DNA from: a virus | IMG/VR virus record: IMGVR_UViG_3300009152_000030 | Location: 32,001-96,000 of that record | Strand: one strand, 5' to 3' | DNA length: 64,000 bases | In this document: in pieces, positions 23,840 through 34,351 of the stretch | Layout of the letters: every line of letters begins with the position of its first letter | Numbering within the stretch: the stretch's first letter is position 1 | The notes under the pieces: model-generated | The model's input: the letters and a program-made list of their open reading frames with translations, nothing else | Databases searched by the model: none | Told to the model about the DNA's origin: nothing | Position numbers and translations under genes: made by a program

Positions 23840-25165
23840 TTGATTACTAGTAAGAAGAATTCTGTTTTGGCTCATTACAATGATATAAACAAGGCTAATA
23901 GGAATAAACCTAGATCCTCACACGACAACAGTGCAGGGCGTGGAGCCGATAATCCCTATAAGAATGCACCGCGTTTAGAGAACCCTACTTATACTGGTAC
24001 TATGACTGGACAAGTTATAGATCCTTATACATTGTCTAGTAAGCTATCTAATAGATTGGAGTTCTCCTCAAAGGAGGAAGGGATGCCTTTTGATTTAAAT
24101 GCATTAGAGGAAAATGTAGACATTAGTTCTAGTGCTAAGGGACTACCTACTAGGCAAATGGAAATATCTGAGGATAAAGCCTTTGATAAGACCTCACCCC
24201 TCCTGAAAGACTCTAGTATGATTTCAGGTAATAGAAATGCTAATGGTCTCGGCGGCGTGGAGGCTAATACCCAAGTTCTACTTGACAGAGTAGGTGAGCT
24301 TTTAGATAACGATGAAACACTATTGGAAAGAGTTGAGCCCCTTGATAATACTTCTTCTACTAGTATTAGCTTACGTGATGCTTTTCAAAGTGCCTTAGAT
24401 AGTAGTGATCTTGGCACTGTAGATGCTGCTAACTTTTTTTCTAATAGTAGTTTAGGGGCGTTTCTTGGTAGTGACCCTGATTTATATAGAGACTTACATA
24501 TAACACCTCAGAGTGCTGCTAGAATGAGGTCGCATCTTGCCGCTGTTAAGCATGGAACTTATGCTAGTGTACCCTTAATCTGTAAAGGCTATGAGAGTTG
24601 TCCAATCCGTAGTTCTTGTTGGTTTGCTGTTAAGAGAGATAACGGTAGTGTTGATCTTGCTGCTAGTAAATTCCCCTTGCTTCAACCTTGCCCCGTAGAA
24701 GCAAGTATTCTTCAGGTTAAGGTTAAGCAATACTGTAGTGAAAACTTTCATAATTTAAATTACATTACTCCTACTATTGTTAGCTTAGCTACTAAGTTGG
24801 CTGAGTTAGATATCTATGAGATTCGAGTTAATATGCTATTAAGTCAAGGTGATAGCCTTGGTGAAGGTCGAGACCTAATGCAGGAAGCCGTACTAAGCAA
24901 TGATATGCATGGTAATCCTGTTAAGACTGCGATGAAGGAACATCCTGCCTTTGCATTGAAAGAGCGTTTTCAGAAAATGCGTAGTCAACTAATGAAGGAG
25001 CTATTAAGTACCCCAGAAGCCAAGCTAAATGCCAGAGCAAAGATAGAAGCTACTAAGGCTGAGAGCGTTAGTTCAACTATGACAAAAATGTCTGCTGCAT
25101 TAAGCAAGATTAATAGTTTAATAAGGGATAATACTGTAGATCCAATGGACTTTGACGATGACTAA
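23840..25165 (+). CDS. Putative terminase small subunit
   Basis: First gene of the morphogenesis arm; HG.YA.VPLICKG...CP...C...PCPVE cysteine cluster followed by helical EHPA...LLSTPE region. Confidence 0.45.
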   Translation: MITSKKNSVLAHYNDINKANRNKPRSSHDNSAGRGADNPYKNAPRLENPTYTGTMTGQVIDPYTLSSKLSNRLEFSSKEEGMPFDLNALEENVDISSSAKGLPTRQMEISEDKAFDKTSPLLKDSSMISGNRNANGLGGVEANTQVLLDRVGELLDNDETLLERVEPLDNTSSTSISLRDAFQSALDSSDLGTVDAANFFSNSSLGAFLGSDPDLYRDLHITPQSAARMRSHLAAVKHGTYASVPLICKGYESCPIRSSCWFAVKRDNGSVDLAASKFPLLQPCPVEASILQVKVKQYCSENFHNLNYITPTIVSLATKLAELDIYEIRVNMLLSQGDSLGEGRDLMQEAVLSNDMHGNPVKTAMKEHPAFALKERFQKMRSQLMKELLSTPEAKLNARAKIEATKAESVSSTMTKMSAALSKINSLIRDNTVDPMDFDDD

Positions 25166-25174
25166 GGTTAAGTT

Positions 25175-28100
25175 ATGGCAGATGGGAAAGGAGATAAGGT
25201 ATATACCTTAAAGGATTACTTTGTTAATCCTGATGCTGATCCTATTAAAGCTATCACTGCGCTTAAAGGCAAGTACGACCATACTAACTTTATATCTGGT
25301 GTAGATGCTGCGGTTCGTGGAACTTTTACTCTTTCTACGTCAATACTTAAGGGTACCTATAAGGCAACTCTTGGTGCTACAAAGTTTATCAATGACATAA
25401 GTGGTGCCAATAAAAAGATTGTCACAACTATGGAAACCTTGATAGGAACAGAGAATACTGATAATTTCTTTTCTTACACAGATGAGGTAAAGAAAGATGC
25501 AGTAAGAATGTACAGAGAAGTTGGCAAGCAAATGGCTAATTTCTCCGTTGGCAAAGATAAGGCAAGGCCTTCTGAGATGATTGGTGGACTAACAAGCACA
25601 GCTATTAAGCAATTAAAACTTGAAGCTATGGCAATGGCAGGATTTAATTTTAAGTTAGATGATATTGTCAAGAATGCTTTAATTATTGACATTGAAACTG
25701 GTGGTCTTTTTAAGGATGCTCCAATTCTTCAGATAGCTATGGGTGACATGGCTAGACTTGACGAGTTAAAGAAAACAGTTGGTGCAAGTGATCATACTGC
25801 TACACTTGGCGCAACAGACGCCATTGAGAGAATGTCTCCTAAAGAGCAAATGGCACAAGGTTTTCTTTCAATGAATCTTGTACCTGAGGCAATTATTAGA
25901 GATGTAGAAGATGCCCCAGACGGAAGTAGAAAAGCTACGTTTAGAAGCTTTAGTTATATTCCAAGAAGCGAGGCTGAGTTTAAGCAAAGATTTGGTACCT
26001 GGGCTAGTGGCAAGTTTCCTTGGCTTAGTGAATTTTATGAAGAATACGGAGAAGGTCCCACAGGGGACAAGATTATAAGCGAAGCTAGAATTCAAGAACT
26101 ACAAAAGCAACTCCAAGATAAGGGTTATGTAGAGTTAAAGTCTGGACAAAGAGTTTACAGCCAGAAAGAAGGCGCAAAGTATTCTATGCTATTTGCGAAG
26201 GAAGGAAGTAAGCAAGGCAGAACCCTTATGGCTGCTAATTTGCCGTATGAATCTTTTCGAGTAGGCAAGTTATGGGAGCATTTCTTAACACAGAAAGGTA
26301 GTGGTGTTCAGGACGCGTTTGAGCCTTCACTAGAAAATCATGGCAACTATTTAAACAAAGATAAAGACGTTGTAAAAGCCTTTGGTGGAAAAATTACTAG
26401 CCTTAGAGATATGAGAAGTATGCTTTCCGCAACTTGGCGCAGTGAGAGAAAAAGAAATATTCTTGATGCTAATAATTTCTTCTTTACAGAACAGGCTAGA
26501 GTCTTAAAAGAACAGGGCAAGAATGAAGATTTAATTTCTCTATTACCTGCTTATGTGAAGAATGTGTCAGCTGGATTGAATACAAGAGACCAGCTTGATT
26601 TAACAAAGATGGCTTTTTCCGGACTAATGCAGACTGGATTAATTGAGACAAGTGGCGACGTTGCCTCTGGAACTAACATTAACTTAGCTTCGCAGATAAT
26701 ACTTGGGTTTGATGAAGCTCACAAAGCTTTGTCTGACGTTATGGTCCAGGGTCGGCTATTACAGGAAGGAAAGCTAGGAGAAGTTGTTAGCGATATTTCT
26801 AATATATATAGAGGAAAAGAGTCTGGGTCGGCACTTGATCAGGTCAGATCTGTTATCTCTTCGCTGTCAATACTAGGTGATTCTAAGAAATTAGGATGGT
26901 TAGAACTTGCTAAGGTTAAGGATACAAATTTAGAGATTGATAGTTCTTGGCTAGGAGATGACCCTTTGGGTAGTCGGCAAGGAAGCGTTAAAACTAGTCA
27001 ATTACGTGGAGTCACCAGAGGTACACACTCGGAGCTAACAAGATCTTACAATCTTGATAAAGAGCTTTTACGACTAAGTGAGACGGTTGATAGTTATACT
27101 GGGGTAAGTGGAGGATTATACGCACCTAATCCTGCTAAGATGATTACGCATACATACACCGATGAAGCAGGTGCCTTGCAAACTATCAATGTAAACCCAG
27201 CAATGCATGAAGCATTTTCTATGCCAATGGCCGTTGGGAAAGTAAAACACACAATGTTAACTGGATCTGGTACAGAAGTCAGTGTTTTAAAAACTCAGTC
27301 AGATTGGAATATTCAGAACTTTATAAGAGACGAATACCAAAGAGAACTTTCTAGTGCTACTAGTAGTGAAGTTGACTTAAGGTTTGGGCCAGGAACTTTT
27401 GAGAATCTCCAAGGACTAGGCCACTCAACCGAAGACATTATTAGTAACTACTTGAATACGCCTGGTCCATCGAGTCCAGTTTTAACTCTTGAAGAAATGC
27501 AAACTTCAGCTAGGTCCAAAGTAAAAAAGACTTTAATTAAAAGATATGCAGAAGGAGATAATCTCAAAGCAAAAGGAATAAATGCTGAAGATCTTGAGAC
27601 CCGGCTTGGTACTTTAAAAAGTGGTCTTAGCTCAAGACATGCTGCCGGGACTTTATTTTCACAAGAGCAAATTAAAACCCTAGGTGAACAAGGTATATCT
27701 GTTACTCCTAATATGTCAGAAGATGAAGTTTCTAGAGCCTCCCTAGCATTAAGGATGTCTGGCGCTGATGGTTTTAAAAAGGATATGGATAGCGCTTTAA
27801 TGCCTGTTTTGCAAGGTATCAAGGACAGGCTTGGACCTACTTCAGTTGCACAGAGAGCTAGTTCTGCAGCTGATTTTCTGTATGAAGCTATCTCAGAAAG
27901 AAAAAAAGAACTTGTAGCCACAGGAGAGTATTCAACTCCTAAAGTCCAAACGCCAAACTATGAAACAGTTGGAAAAGTTTACAATTTTGCTACTTCCGCA
28001 AAAGATAAATTAAAACTTGGAATTGATACGCTAGGGTCAGTTCTTTTCAGCCCTAGAGGATTAGAAAGTGGACTGTTAAGCAAGATGTCAGGGGCAAGTC

Positions 28101-29131
28101 CTGAGATATCTGAATATATAATGAAGAATGCCGGTAGAGGAATTCGTATGATGGGAGGTGCTGGCATTATAGCGGCTGGGGTTTCAGGTAATTATATGCT
28201 TGATATGCCTAGCTACAAGCCAACGACAAAAGATATATTAAAAATGTCTGGTGATGAAAGAAAAATTTATAACCCTGAAGATGTAAGAGGTAGCCAAAGC
28301 GGAGGAATGAAGAACGTGATGGTAGCTACCAACACAAATATAGATAAAATGAATCCTGCAGGATTTGCTGTTTCTGCTATTGATTCCAGTAAAGTTGACT
28401 ATGCAGTTGGTGACGCAGATACTGTTGAAATTATTAGCAAAGGTTTTATGGGTATAGGCCAACGTAAACTTGGAAGTGTGCGTCTTTCTGGCATAGATGC
28501 GCCTGAAACTGCACATGAAGGCTTTGGTGGCCCAGGAGAAATGCCGTTCTCTCAACCTGGCAAACAATACTTGTCTAACGTTCTTTCAGCAAGAAGTGGA
28601 GCTACTGTTGCCGTAGGTCAAGGTAGTACTTTTGGTCGTTCAGTTGGTATCGTCACAGACGATTCTGGGATTAACTACTCTTATGAAATGGTAAACCAAG
28701 GCTTAGCAACTATACTATATAGAAATAGTGCACAAGAAGATCTTGTAAGTCAGAAGCAATTTAATGCAGCTGAAAGAGTTGCCAGAGCGTCTAATAAGGG
28801 ATTATTTGCCGATCCATTCTACGCGGGCGTACACGTGGGCGTAGGAGGAAAAGAACGAAAAGGTTACAACGTTTTAAGTCCGTCAAACGCTTATAAATTC
28901 AAATTTGATAGAAGTCCTGGTACGTCAAAACAACAGGCAATAGAGGCTTCACAGGCAAGAAATGAAGAAATGAGCTATGCAATGGATATGTCTTATAATG
29001 ATTACAATGAAATATTCCATTCTGTAAATGCACTTTCTAGTAATAGAAAAAATGTTATGGCTGATATGCAAACTGTAGCAATGGCTGGAGGCTTAGAGCG
29101 AAACAGAGGTAGACGCAAGGAGCGGAGATAA
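25175..29131 (+). CDS. Large protein with N-terminal DnaQ-like (DEDDh) exonuclease and C-terminal thermonuclease (SNase) domain
   Basis: IIDIETGG..ILQIA, AANLPYE, AHKALSDV; VGDADTV, VRLSGIDAPET, FGRSVG, MVNQGLA, AERVARASNKGLF. Confidence 0.8.
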   Translation: MADGKGDKVYTLKDYFVNPDADPIKAITALKGKYDHTNFISGVDAAVRGTFTLSTSILKGTYKATLGATKFINDISGANKKIVTTMETLIGTENTDNFFSYTDEVKKDAVRMYREVGKQMANFSVGKDKARPSEMIGGLTSTAIKQLKLEAMAMAGFNFKLDDIVKNALIIDIETGGLFKDAPILQIAMGDMARLDELKKTVGASDHTATLGATDAIERMSPKEQMAQGFLSMNLVPEAIIRDVEDAPDGSRKATFRSFSYIPRSEAEFKQRFGTWASGKFPWLSEFYEEYGEGPTGDKIISEARIQELQKQLQDKGYVELKSGQRVYSQKEGAKYSMLFAKEGSKQGRTLMAANLPYESFRVGKLWEHFLTQKGSGVQDAFEPSLENHGNYLNKDKDVVKAFGGKITSLRDMRSMLSATWRSERKRNILDANNFFFTEQARVLKEQGKNEDLISLLPAYVKNVSAGLNTRDQLDLTKMAFSGLMQTGLIETSGDVASGTNINLASQIILGFDEAHKALSDVMVQGRLLQEGKLGEVVSDISNIYRGKESGSALDQVRSVISSLSILGDSKKLGWLELAKVKDTNLEIDSSWLGDDPLGSRQGSVKTSQLRGVTRGTHSELTRSYNLDKELLRLSETVDSYTGVSGGLYAPNPAKMITHTYTDEAGALQTINVNPAMHEAFSMPMAVGKVKHTMLTGSGTEVSVLKTQSDWNIQNFIRDEYQRELSSATSSEVDLRFGPGTFENLQGLGHSTEDIISNYLNTPGPSSPVLTLEEMQTSARSKVKKTLIKRYAEGDNLKAKGINAEDLETRLGTLKSGLSSRHAAGTLFSQEQIKTLGEQGISVTPNMSEDEVSRASLALRMSGADGFKKDMDSALMPVLQGIKDRLGPTSVAQRASSAADFLYEAISERKKELVATGEYSTPKVQTPNYETVGKVYNFATSAKDKLKLGIDTLGSVLFSPRGLESGLLSKMSGASPEISEYIMKNAGRGIRMMGGAGIIAAGVSGNYMLDMPSYKPTTKDILKMSGDERKIYNPEDVRGSQSGGMKNVMVATNTNIDKMNPAGFAVSAIDSSKVDYAVGDADTVEIISKGFMGIGQRKLGSVRLSGIDAPETAHEGFGGPGEMPFSQPGKQYLSNVLSARSGATVAVGQGSTFGRSVGIVTDDSGINYSYEMVNQGLATILYRNSAQEDLVSQKQFNAAERVARASNKGLFADPFYAGVHVGVGGKERKGYNVLSPSNAYKFKFDRSPGTSKQQAIEASQARNEEMSYAMDMSYNDYNEIFHSVNALSSNRKNVMADMQTVAMAGGLERNRGRRKERR

Positions 29132-31608
29132 TGGCAAATGCAATTGTTAATTTTTTCAAGCACGCAGGTGGAACCTTAGGTTTAGCTGGAGTTGGCGCTG
29201 TTGCTAATGCTGCTAGATCTGCCTATAACTATAACCCAGAAGAGGATGAAGTTTTAGGAGCAACTCCTGTTGCCGGAAGATTAGGAGCAGCAGTTTCTGG
29301 TGCTGCAGTTGGTGCAGCGGCCGGTGTAGTGTTACAAGGTGGAGACTATGCATTAAGAGGCATAGGTAGATCAATGATGAGCTCTGAAGGATTAAAGGCT
29401 TACGATGCTGTTAATCCTAATAGACCAAAGACTTTATTTGGAGCACTTAGACAAGGATTTCAAAGAGTAGCTGGTGGAGATGTTACAGACTTTGAAGGAT
29501 ACACTGACTCCGTAATGGAAGCTGTTGGAAGTACTCCAACTATGGCAGTACAGAGACAGAAGCAAGCAGCAGCCGCTGTCGAGAAAGTTAAAGGTAAATT
29601 GCCAGGAGTTGATAGAGATATCCACGCTGCTAGTCAAGCGGCACAAGCAGCAAAAGCCAAACAAGAAGAAGTAGTAAAGAAATGGCAACCAAGACCTGCT
29701 ACTCCGGCTACTGCGCCTACTGTTATAAGTCGACCAACGGATCAGATTGATCGTGAATTAAATCAAGTTAATCGTGAAATAGGTGGAATTAATAAGCATC
29801 TTGGAAGTGCACCTAAACTTACGCCAGAAGAAATGGAAAAACAAGCGATTGAAGCTCGCAACCTAATGAGGAGAAGAGCTCGATTGGCAAAAAGTGTAGG
29901 GTTAGATAATAATGCACATGATGCCGATATTCAAAAACTTTTAACTGATCCAAATCAAAAAGCCGAGATTGGAACAATTACCTCATCATTGAATAATAAC
30001 CAAGCTCATTTAAATGAAAGACTTGAAGGATTAAATTCAAGGCAAGCAAAGCTTACAGAGGAATTAGAGGGCAATAGAGCTGCAGCTAAGAATGGGGTAA
30101 AAGTAGCAACTCCAGAAGAGTTAGAGGCTCGGAAAGAGAGAATGGCAAATTTAGAATCTAGGATTGATCCCACAAATCCAGAAAATTTTGAAGGGGCTGA
30201 CAGTGCTAACCCTTTTAAAGGTGAGAGTCAGGATTGGGCAAGGCAACAACTAGACGAAATGAATCGACAAGTAAAGGGTACACCAGCTAGTCCTGCATAT
30301 ACTCCTCCTGAAATTAAGTATGAAGCTCCAAAGCGAGGAAGATCTGCAAAGGCTCCGACACCTGCTTCAGCGCCGACCTCCCCACCGTTGCCTATGTCAA
30401 ACACACCTGTGGGTCCATCTTCTGCGTACCCATCTCCAATGACAGATGCACAGAGGCAAGCAGAGACAGCCCGACTGGATAAACTTGGACCTGCTTTTGG
30501 TGGTGGGTTTCCTTCAAAGCCACCTAAACCTCCTGCGCCACCGCCGCCTCCTCCTCCAGCGCCTCCTACTCATACTCTTCCTGGTCACAGAAGGCCGAGA
30601 CCTGCAGGCAAAGGTGCAGAAGAATTTAGCCAAGATTATGAGGAACATGCTGTTGCGGCTAGCGAAGAAACAGCAGCCAGAGAACAATTAAAGGCAGCAC
30701 AGAACTCGAAGAAAGAAATGTTGGCCCAACAAAAAAAGAATACACCTATTGCTGAGAATGCAGAAACTAGTAAATTAGCAAAAATATTTGAAAAGACTGA
30801 TAAGAATGCAATTGTTGATCCTGGATCAGTAGACCTAGGAGGTGCGGCATTGCAAGATATTGGAAGAATTGGTGCAGGTGCAGCTGGTATGGCGGCTGGT
30901 GCTCCTATTTATCTTGGTAGATATGCTGCCCATACTTATGAAAATGATGTTCTTAAACCTTATCGTGAAAGGGATGTACAGAGTCCTACTGTTGCACAAA
31001 GACAATTGCAACTAGACGATATAGGCAAAAATAGTCGTAAACTTACTGCAGTTGAGAAAAATGAATTAAATGTTTTACAGCAATACAGAGATGGAAGTAA
31101 ACTTCCTGGTAGAGCTTTTGATCGAGTAAATAGATCATACGAATTTGATCCTGCGAAACCTGGCATTCATACTGTTACTCCTGCTGCTAAAGCTGCAAAG
31201 CCTGGACAACCTGCGAAGGCACCGGCAGCGCCTGCTGGGGTGCCTATTCAACCTGCAATGGGAAAAGATATAACTAATGGTCTATTGTTTGGATTAGGAG
31301 GCGCAGGGGCCGCAGCTGGATTTGTAGGTGCAGCAACAAAAGCTTCTGCCTATGGTGCACCTGCGGATCATCCTATTAATGCATTAGGAGGCATGACCAA
31401 ACAAAATATTAGCGCAGAAGCTCAAATGCAAGCAGATAACTCTAATAGAGTTAGGATGACAAACCCATCAATGATCGGACTTAATGATGCGGATGAGTTG
31501 TATTTCCAAAATCCAAGCCTTAAACCTACTAGAAGTAGATCTAGACCGGGCCAGTATCATGATGATGGTAATCTAACCCTTGCCTTGAGTGCACTAAGAA
31601 GAGGATAA
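29131..31608 (+). CDS. Putative virion/ejection protein (Gly-zipper ends, coiled coil, Pro-rich linker)
   Basis: Gly/Ala-rich hydrophobic segments, PPPPPP tract, position in structural arm. Confidence 0.5.
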   Translation: MANAIVNFFKHAGGTLGLAGVGAVANAARSAYNYNPEEDEVLGATPVAGRLGAAVSGAAVGAAAGVVLQGGDYALRGIGRSMMSSEGLKAYDAVNPNRPKTLFGALRQGFQRVAGGDVTDFEGYTDSVMEAVGSTPTMAVQRQKQAAAAVEKVKGKLPGVDRDIHAASQAAQAAKAKQEEVVKKWQPRPATPATAPTVISRPTDQIDRELNQVNREIGGINKHLGSAPKLTPEEMEKQAIEARNLMRRRARLAKSVGLDNNAHDADIQKLLTDPNQKAEIGTITSSLNNNQAHLNERLEGLNSRQAKLTEELEGNRAAAKNGVKVATPEELEARKERMANLESRIDPTNPENFEGADSANPFKGESQDWARQQLDEMNRQVKGTPASPAYTPPEIKYEAPKRGRSAKAPTPASAPTSPPLPMSNTPVGPSSAYPSPMTDAQRQAETARLDKLGPAFGGGFPSKPPKPPAPPPPPPPAPPTHTLPGHRRPRPAGKGAEEFSQDYEEHAVAASEETAAREQLKAAQNSKKEMLAQQKKNTPIAENAETSKLAKIFEKTDKNAIVDPGSVDLGGAALQDIGRIGAGAAGMAAGAPIYLGRYAAHTYENDVLKPYRERDVQSPTVAQRQLQLDDIGKNSRKLTAVEKNELNVLQQYRDGSKLPGRAFDRVNRSYEFDPAKPGIHTVTPAAKAAKPGQPAKAPAAPAGVPIQPAMGKDITNGLLFGLGGAGAAAGFVGAATKASAYGAPADHPINALGGMTKQNISAEAQMQADNSNRVRMTNPSMIGLNDADELYFQNPSLKPTRSRSRPGQYHDDGNLTLALSALRRG

Positions 31609-31613
31609 AAAGT

Positions 31614-34265
31614 ATGAATAAGCTTTTAAATTTTCTTCGTAACAATATTAGCACAAAGATTACCAATAAGGTAAAAGATTTTTTTGGGCCCGATAAGATA
31701 TCAGAACTCCACCCTCCACAAATGACAGACAGGAATGAAAGTTCCTTAATACGACAGAATGGTAGTGTGTCGCTTAATCCAAAAAGTCTATCACCAAAAG
31801 TTGACTATAGAGCTAATAGAAAGTTTTATGCAGACATAGCAGAGATGCATCAGCAAGCAAGGCGTTTTCCTTATATGATGACTAGTGTATTAGGAAGTCT
31901 AAATCCTGATACACGTAGGTCTGGTAAAGCATTTACGAATAAGCTTATGGCATTTAAGCCTCTTGATGGAAGTTCGGCAAGAGATCTGGCTAATGATTTC
32001 GATAATAAAGGCGAATCTCTTTTTCGTGGTGTGCAAATTTTTGGAGAGCAAATTAGAGGTACTTCTCCGGGCGAAAGAATAAATCTCTTGACTATCCATG
32101 GCAGTCCTACAGGAGAGATGGCCACAAGTGTGTTTAACCCATTTAAGGTATTAACTGATAAAGACGTATCAGATCTTAGCAATTCTGTAGAAGATTTATA
32201 TGTAGCAACTTGTTATCCTAATCAAGTTGGACAACGATATCGTTTTCTTAGAATGGCTGATCCCGAATCAAAAACGAAAAGCATGGTGGAGTTTTATTCA
32301 AAATATCATGGTGGTTTTGGAGAAGATGCAGGCTCCGAGTACCAATGGCTTGTAACAGGACATGACGAACTCTCTCCTGCTGTTTATGAAAGAAAAGAGG
32401 CACTAGCAAGACATTCTCCAACAGTTTTGGATGTTCCAAGTAGAATAGATTTAACAATGCAGTCTAGAGGACCTATATATATGGGTCCAAATCCAGCAGA
32501 AAAACTTGATTTGTTAAGATCAGAGAATAAATCTGACAAATATCTAGAAAAAGTACATGAAGATTTTAAAAAAGCTACTAGAACTGGCGGACTTTTTACT
32601 GAAGCTGGTGGATTTAAAAGTGTCCGGGTAGGAGATTTAGTCCCAAATGCTACAAATTTTTATGAGCATGTTTTTGGGAAAGCAGAGGATATTGTTCCTA
32701 TTATTGACATTATAAGAAAACATGCAACTGCCAAAACACAAAACACAACAGAGTATCGTAGAGAAGTAGCCAAAGCTTTAGGATTTAGTGACGAAGGAAT
32801 TGATTTATTAGAATTTACTAACTCTCCTGCTGTGAAAGACGCATTAGGTAGTACGCATGCGGACGGCGAATATCCTATTACTGAGTTTGTAGAAAAGGAA
32901 ATAAGAAGCAGTCCTACAATTGACCAAGCACTTATATCCGGATTAAAGCCAAGAGATATACAAGAAAATATAGCTAAAAATATAGAAACTTTTATTGGAG
33001 ATCTCCCTACTGATTTAATTCCTGGCGGAAAAAGTCTTCGCACAGTTGAAACTGCAATTGAAAAAATAACTAAGAAAATAAATATAGGCCGCACAATTGC
33101 TCCTATAGCTGGACTTGCTGCTGCGCTAGGTATAGGGATTGGTTTTCCTTCTATAGCATCTGCCTCGACAGGCACTAGTCCAGTAGATGGCGGACTTGGT
33201 AGTACTTTAGCTATTGGAGCTGGGGCTGTTGGGGTTGCTACTGTTGCTGGAGTTGGAGCTTATTCTTATTCGAAGATAAGAAAAGCAGGTTTAAATCCAA
33301 GGGTTGCTGGAGGAGCAGCAGGTGGTGGGGCGGCAGGTGCGGCAGGAGCCGCAGCAGGTGCAGTAAATAGGAATAGGGGTTCTTGGATTTACAATAGCGG
33401 ATTTGTCCAAGAAGAACTTGATCTTACAACTAGAGGATTTTTTGCTGGTATTGGTTCAGTAATTAATGACTTTGGTTTTAACAGAAGAACTGGCAGCTTT
33501 GATACCAGTGGTAAACCTGATAGTTTTATTGATTCGCTTTTTGGTAAAGCATTAAAACAAGACGGATATGTTCACCCTGTTTTCAGGGCAGAAGAAGCCA
33601 CTTGGAGAGTTGCAAGTAACTTAGATGATGCATACAAAGGATGGAAAGATTTTGTAAAAACTTCGTACGATAACTCAAGTGGAATTACTAAACTTTTTCA
33701 AGGAGTTAGATATCATGGTTTTAAGATTTTAGATTCTGTTGGAGATGGATGGCTTAATAAGCAGTTGGTTAAGGCTGGCGGTTTTTCTACTATAATTGCA
33801 CCTGCACTTATGGCACATGGTGCTTTAGGTGACTTTAAAGAGGGTTATAGGAGAGGTGGCTTAATTGGTGGCGCATTCAAAACTGTGACAGGTCTTATAA
33901 GTGGGTTAGTTCAGAATAAAGTTATTGCAGGTATTCTTCTTAATCCAGCAACTGGTTTGCTTGGTGCAGGTATTACAGCAGCGGCGGGATATACTGCCTT
34001 TAAGATCTTTGACGTAAGAAACAAAGGCGCTGAGTATATAAGGTCTGGCCGCATGGGTGGACTATCATGGAACCGTGGGCCTACGCCAGGTATGTCTGGC
34101 TCAATGGCAGCAACAGCAAGACAGCGCGGACTTAATGCTATGAATAACTCAAGATTTAATGCAATGAAAGCAATGGGAAATGAAAGTTACATGATGAATG
34201 CACCCAAAAGCAGATATGCCAATTCAACTGCAATACATGGGATAACTCCTGTACTATCCTATTAA
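31614..34265 (+). CDS. Putative virion protein with caspase-like (clan CD) motif pair and Gly-rich membrane C-terminus, paralog A
   Basis: LLTIHGS...LYVATCYPNQV; C-terminal ~300 aa closely similar to 34352-37105. Confidence 0.55.
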   Translation: MNKLLNFLRNNISTKITNKVKDFFGPDKISELHPPQMTDRNESSLIRQNGSVSLNPKSLSPKVDYRANRKFYADIAEMHQQARRFPYMMTSVLGSLNPDTRRSGKAFTNKLMAFKPLDGSSARDLANDFDNKGESLFRGVQIFGEQIRGTSPGERINLLTIHGSPTGEMATSVFNPFKVLTDKDVSDLSNSVEDLYVATCYPNQVGQRYRFLRMADPESKTKSMVEFYSKYHGGFGEDAGSEYQWLVTGHDELSPAVYERKEALARHSPTVLDVPSRIDLTMQSRGPIYMGPNPAEKLDLLRSENKSDKYLEKVHEDFKKATRTGGLFTEAGGFKSVRVGDLVPNATNFYEHVFGKAEDIVPIIDIIRKHATAKTQNTTEYRREVAKALGFSDEGIDLLEFTNSPAVKDALGSTHADGEYPITEFVEKEIRSSPTIDQALISGLKPRDIQENIAKNIETFIGDLPTDLIPGGKSLRTVETAIEKITKKINIGRTIAPIAGLAAALGIGIGFPSIASASTGTSPVDGGLGSTLAIGAGAVGVATVAGVGAYSYSKIRKAGLNPRVAGGAAGGGAAGAAGAAAGAVNRNRGSWIYNSGFVQEELDLTTRGFFAGIGSVINDFGFNRRTGSFDTSGKPDSFIDSLFGKALKQDGYVHPVFRAEEATWRVASNLDDAYKGWKDFVKTSYDNSSGITKLFQGVRYHGFKILDSVGDGWLNKQLVKAGGFSTIIAPALMAHGALGDFKEGYRRGGLIGGAFKTVTGLISGLVQNKVIAGILLNPATGLLGAGITAAAGYTAFKIFDVRNKGAEYIRSGRMGGLSWNRGPTPGMSGSMAATARQRGLNAMNNSRFNAMKAMGNESYMMNAPKSRYANSTAIHGITPVLSY

Positions 34266-34278
34266 ATAAGAGGTTAAC

Positions 34279-34347
34279 ATGGCTGAGAATCAATATCTTA
34301 AAAAAGTTATAAATCAGATGGCGTTTAGCACATTAAGAAGAGGATAA
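34279..34347 (+). CDS. 22-aa mini-ORF, remnant of the duplicated upstream gene end
   Basis: GAGG RBS; MAENQYLKKVINQMAFSTLRRG* mirrors ...ALSALRRG* of 29131-31608. Confidence 0.45.
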   Translation: MAENQYLKKVINQMAFSTLRRG

Positions 34348-34351
34348 GATT

